A stretch of 64,000 nucleotides of DNA from Euglena gracilis (Eukaryota), in assembly GCA_039621445.1 (NCBI GenBank), contig CP154954.1, positions 8,062,634 to 8,126,633 on the forward strand. Reading direction: 5' to 3'. Made by a program: the position numbers and the translations under genes. Shown one piece after another: positions 63,085 through 64,000 of this stretch; positions within the stretch are counted from its first letter, which is position 1; every line of letters starts with the position of its first letter. Below the pieces are notes generated by a model that saw only the letters and a list, made by a program, of their open reading frames with translations, had not been told where the DNA came from and searched no databases.

Positions 63085-64000
63085 CCCCGAAAACGGGTGG
63101 GCAACAAAAGGGATTTGCCCCCCAAATGAGTTGGGCAACAAAAGGGATTTGCCCCCCAAAACGGGTGGGTAACACAGGGGTTTTTGTTATTTTGGGGCCC
63201 TGGAACAGTTGGGCAGCAAAAGGAATTTGCCCCCCAAAACGGGTGGGTAACACAAGGGATTTTGTTATTTTGGGGCCCTGGAACAGTTGGGCAACAAAAG
63301 GGATTTGCCCCCCAAAACGGGTGGGTAACACAAGGGATTTTGTTATTTTGGGGCCCTGGAACAGTTGGGCAGCAAAAGGGATTTGCCCCCCCAAAACGGG
63401 TGGGTAACACAAGGGATTTTGTTATTTTTGGGCCCTGGAACAGTTGGGCAACAAAAGGGATTTGCCCCCCAAAACGGGTGGGTAACACAAGGGATTTTGT
63501 TATTTTGGGGCCCTGGAACAGTTGGGCAACAAAAGGGATTTGCCCTCCAAATCAGTTGGGCAACAAAACGGATTTGCCCGCCAAAACGGGTGGGTAACAC
63601 AAGGGATTTTGTTATTTTGGGGCCCTCGAACAGTTGGGCAACAAAAGGGATTTGCCCCCCAAATCAGTTGGGCAACAAAAGGGATTTGCCCCCCAAATCA
63701 GTTGGGCAACAGAAGGGATTTTGTTATTTTGGGGCCCTCGAACAGTTGGGCAGCAAAAGGGATTTGCCCCCCAAAACGGGTGGGTAACACAAGGGATTTT
63801 GTTATTTTGGGGCCCTCGAACAATTGGGCAACAAAAGGGATTTGCCCCCCAAATCAATTGGGCAACAAAAGGGATTTGCCCCCCAAAACGGGTGGGTAAC
63901 ACAAGGGATTTTGTTATTTTGGGGTCCTCGAACAGTTGGGCAGCAAAAGGGATTTGCCCCCCAAAACGGGTGGGTAACACAAGGGATTTTGTTATTTTGG
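63085..64000. repeat. ~78-bp tandem repeat with 34-bp sub-duplications, runs off the window end
   Basis: AAAACGGGTGGGTAACAC recurs at ~63158, 63236, 63314, 63393, 63471 and onward. Confidence 0.92.

Overview
Eukaryotic nuclear DNA, very probably from a euglenid (Euglenozoa). Short GC-rich exons are separated by long repeat-filled introns of three kinds: GT-AG, GC-AG and euglenid-type nonconventional introns, whose ends base-pair from +4 against -6. Three host genes can be rebuilt by hand, all on the minus strand: a GCN1-like HEAT-repeat gene (5' part, runs off the window start), a CXIP4/SREK1IP1-like zinc-knuckle gene, and the Rab3GAP catalytic subunit. Main observation 1: one nonconventional intron is exactly a hAT-type MITE (12-bp TIR) plus one copy of a perfect 8-bp target-site duplication. 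Ten nonconventional introns share the same 3+5=8 nt unpaired geometry, several free MITEs with perfect 8-bp TSDs lie in introns, and a hAT transposase remnant is present. Together these suggest a hAT-driven intron-generating system. Main observation 2: a ~2.8-kb element with 50-bp TIRs and internal direct-repeat arrays encodes a disrupted, spliced tyrosine recombinase-PHD finger fusion. The rest is microsatellites, satellites and nested MITEs. Protein identities come from remembered family motifs, not database searches.
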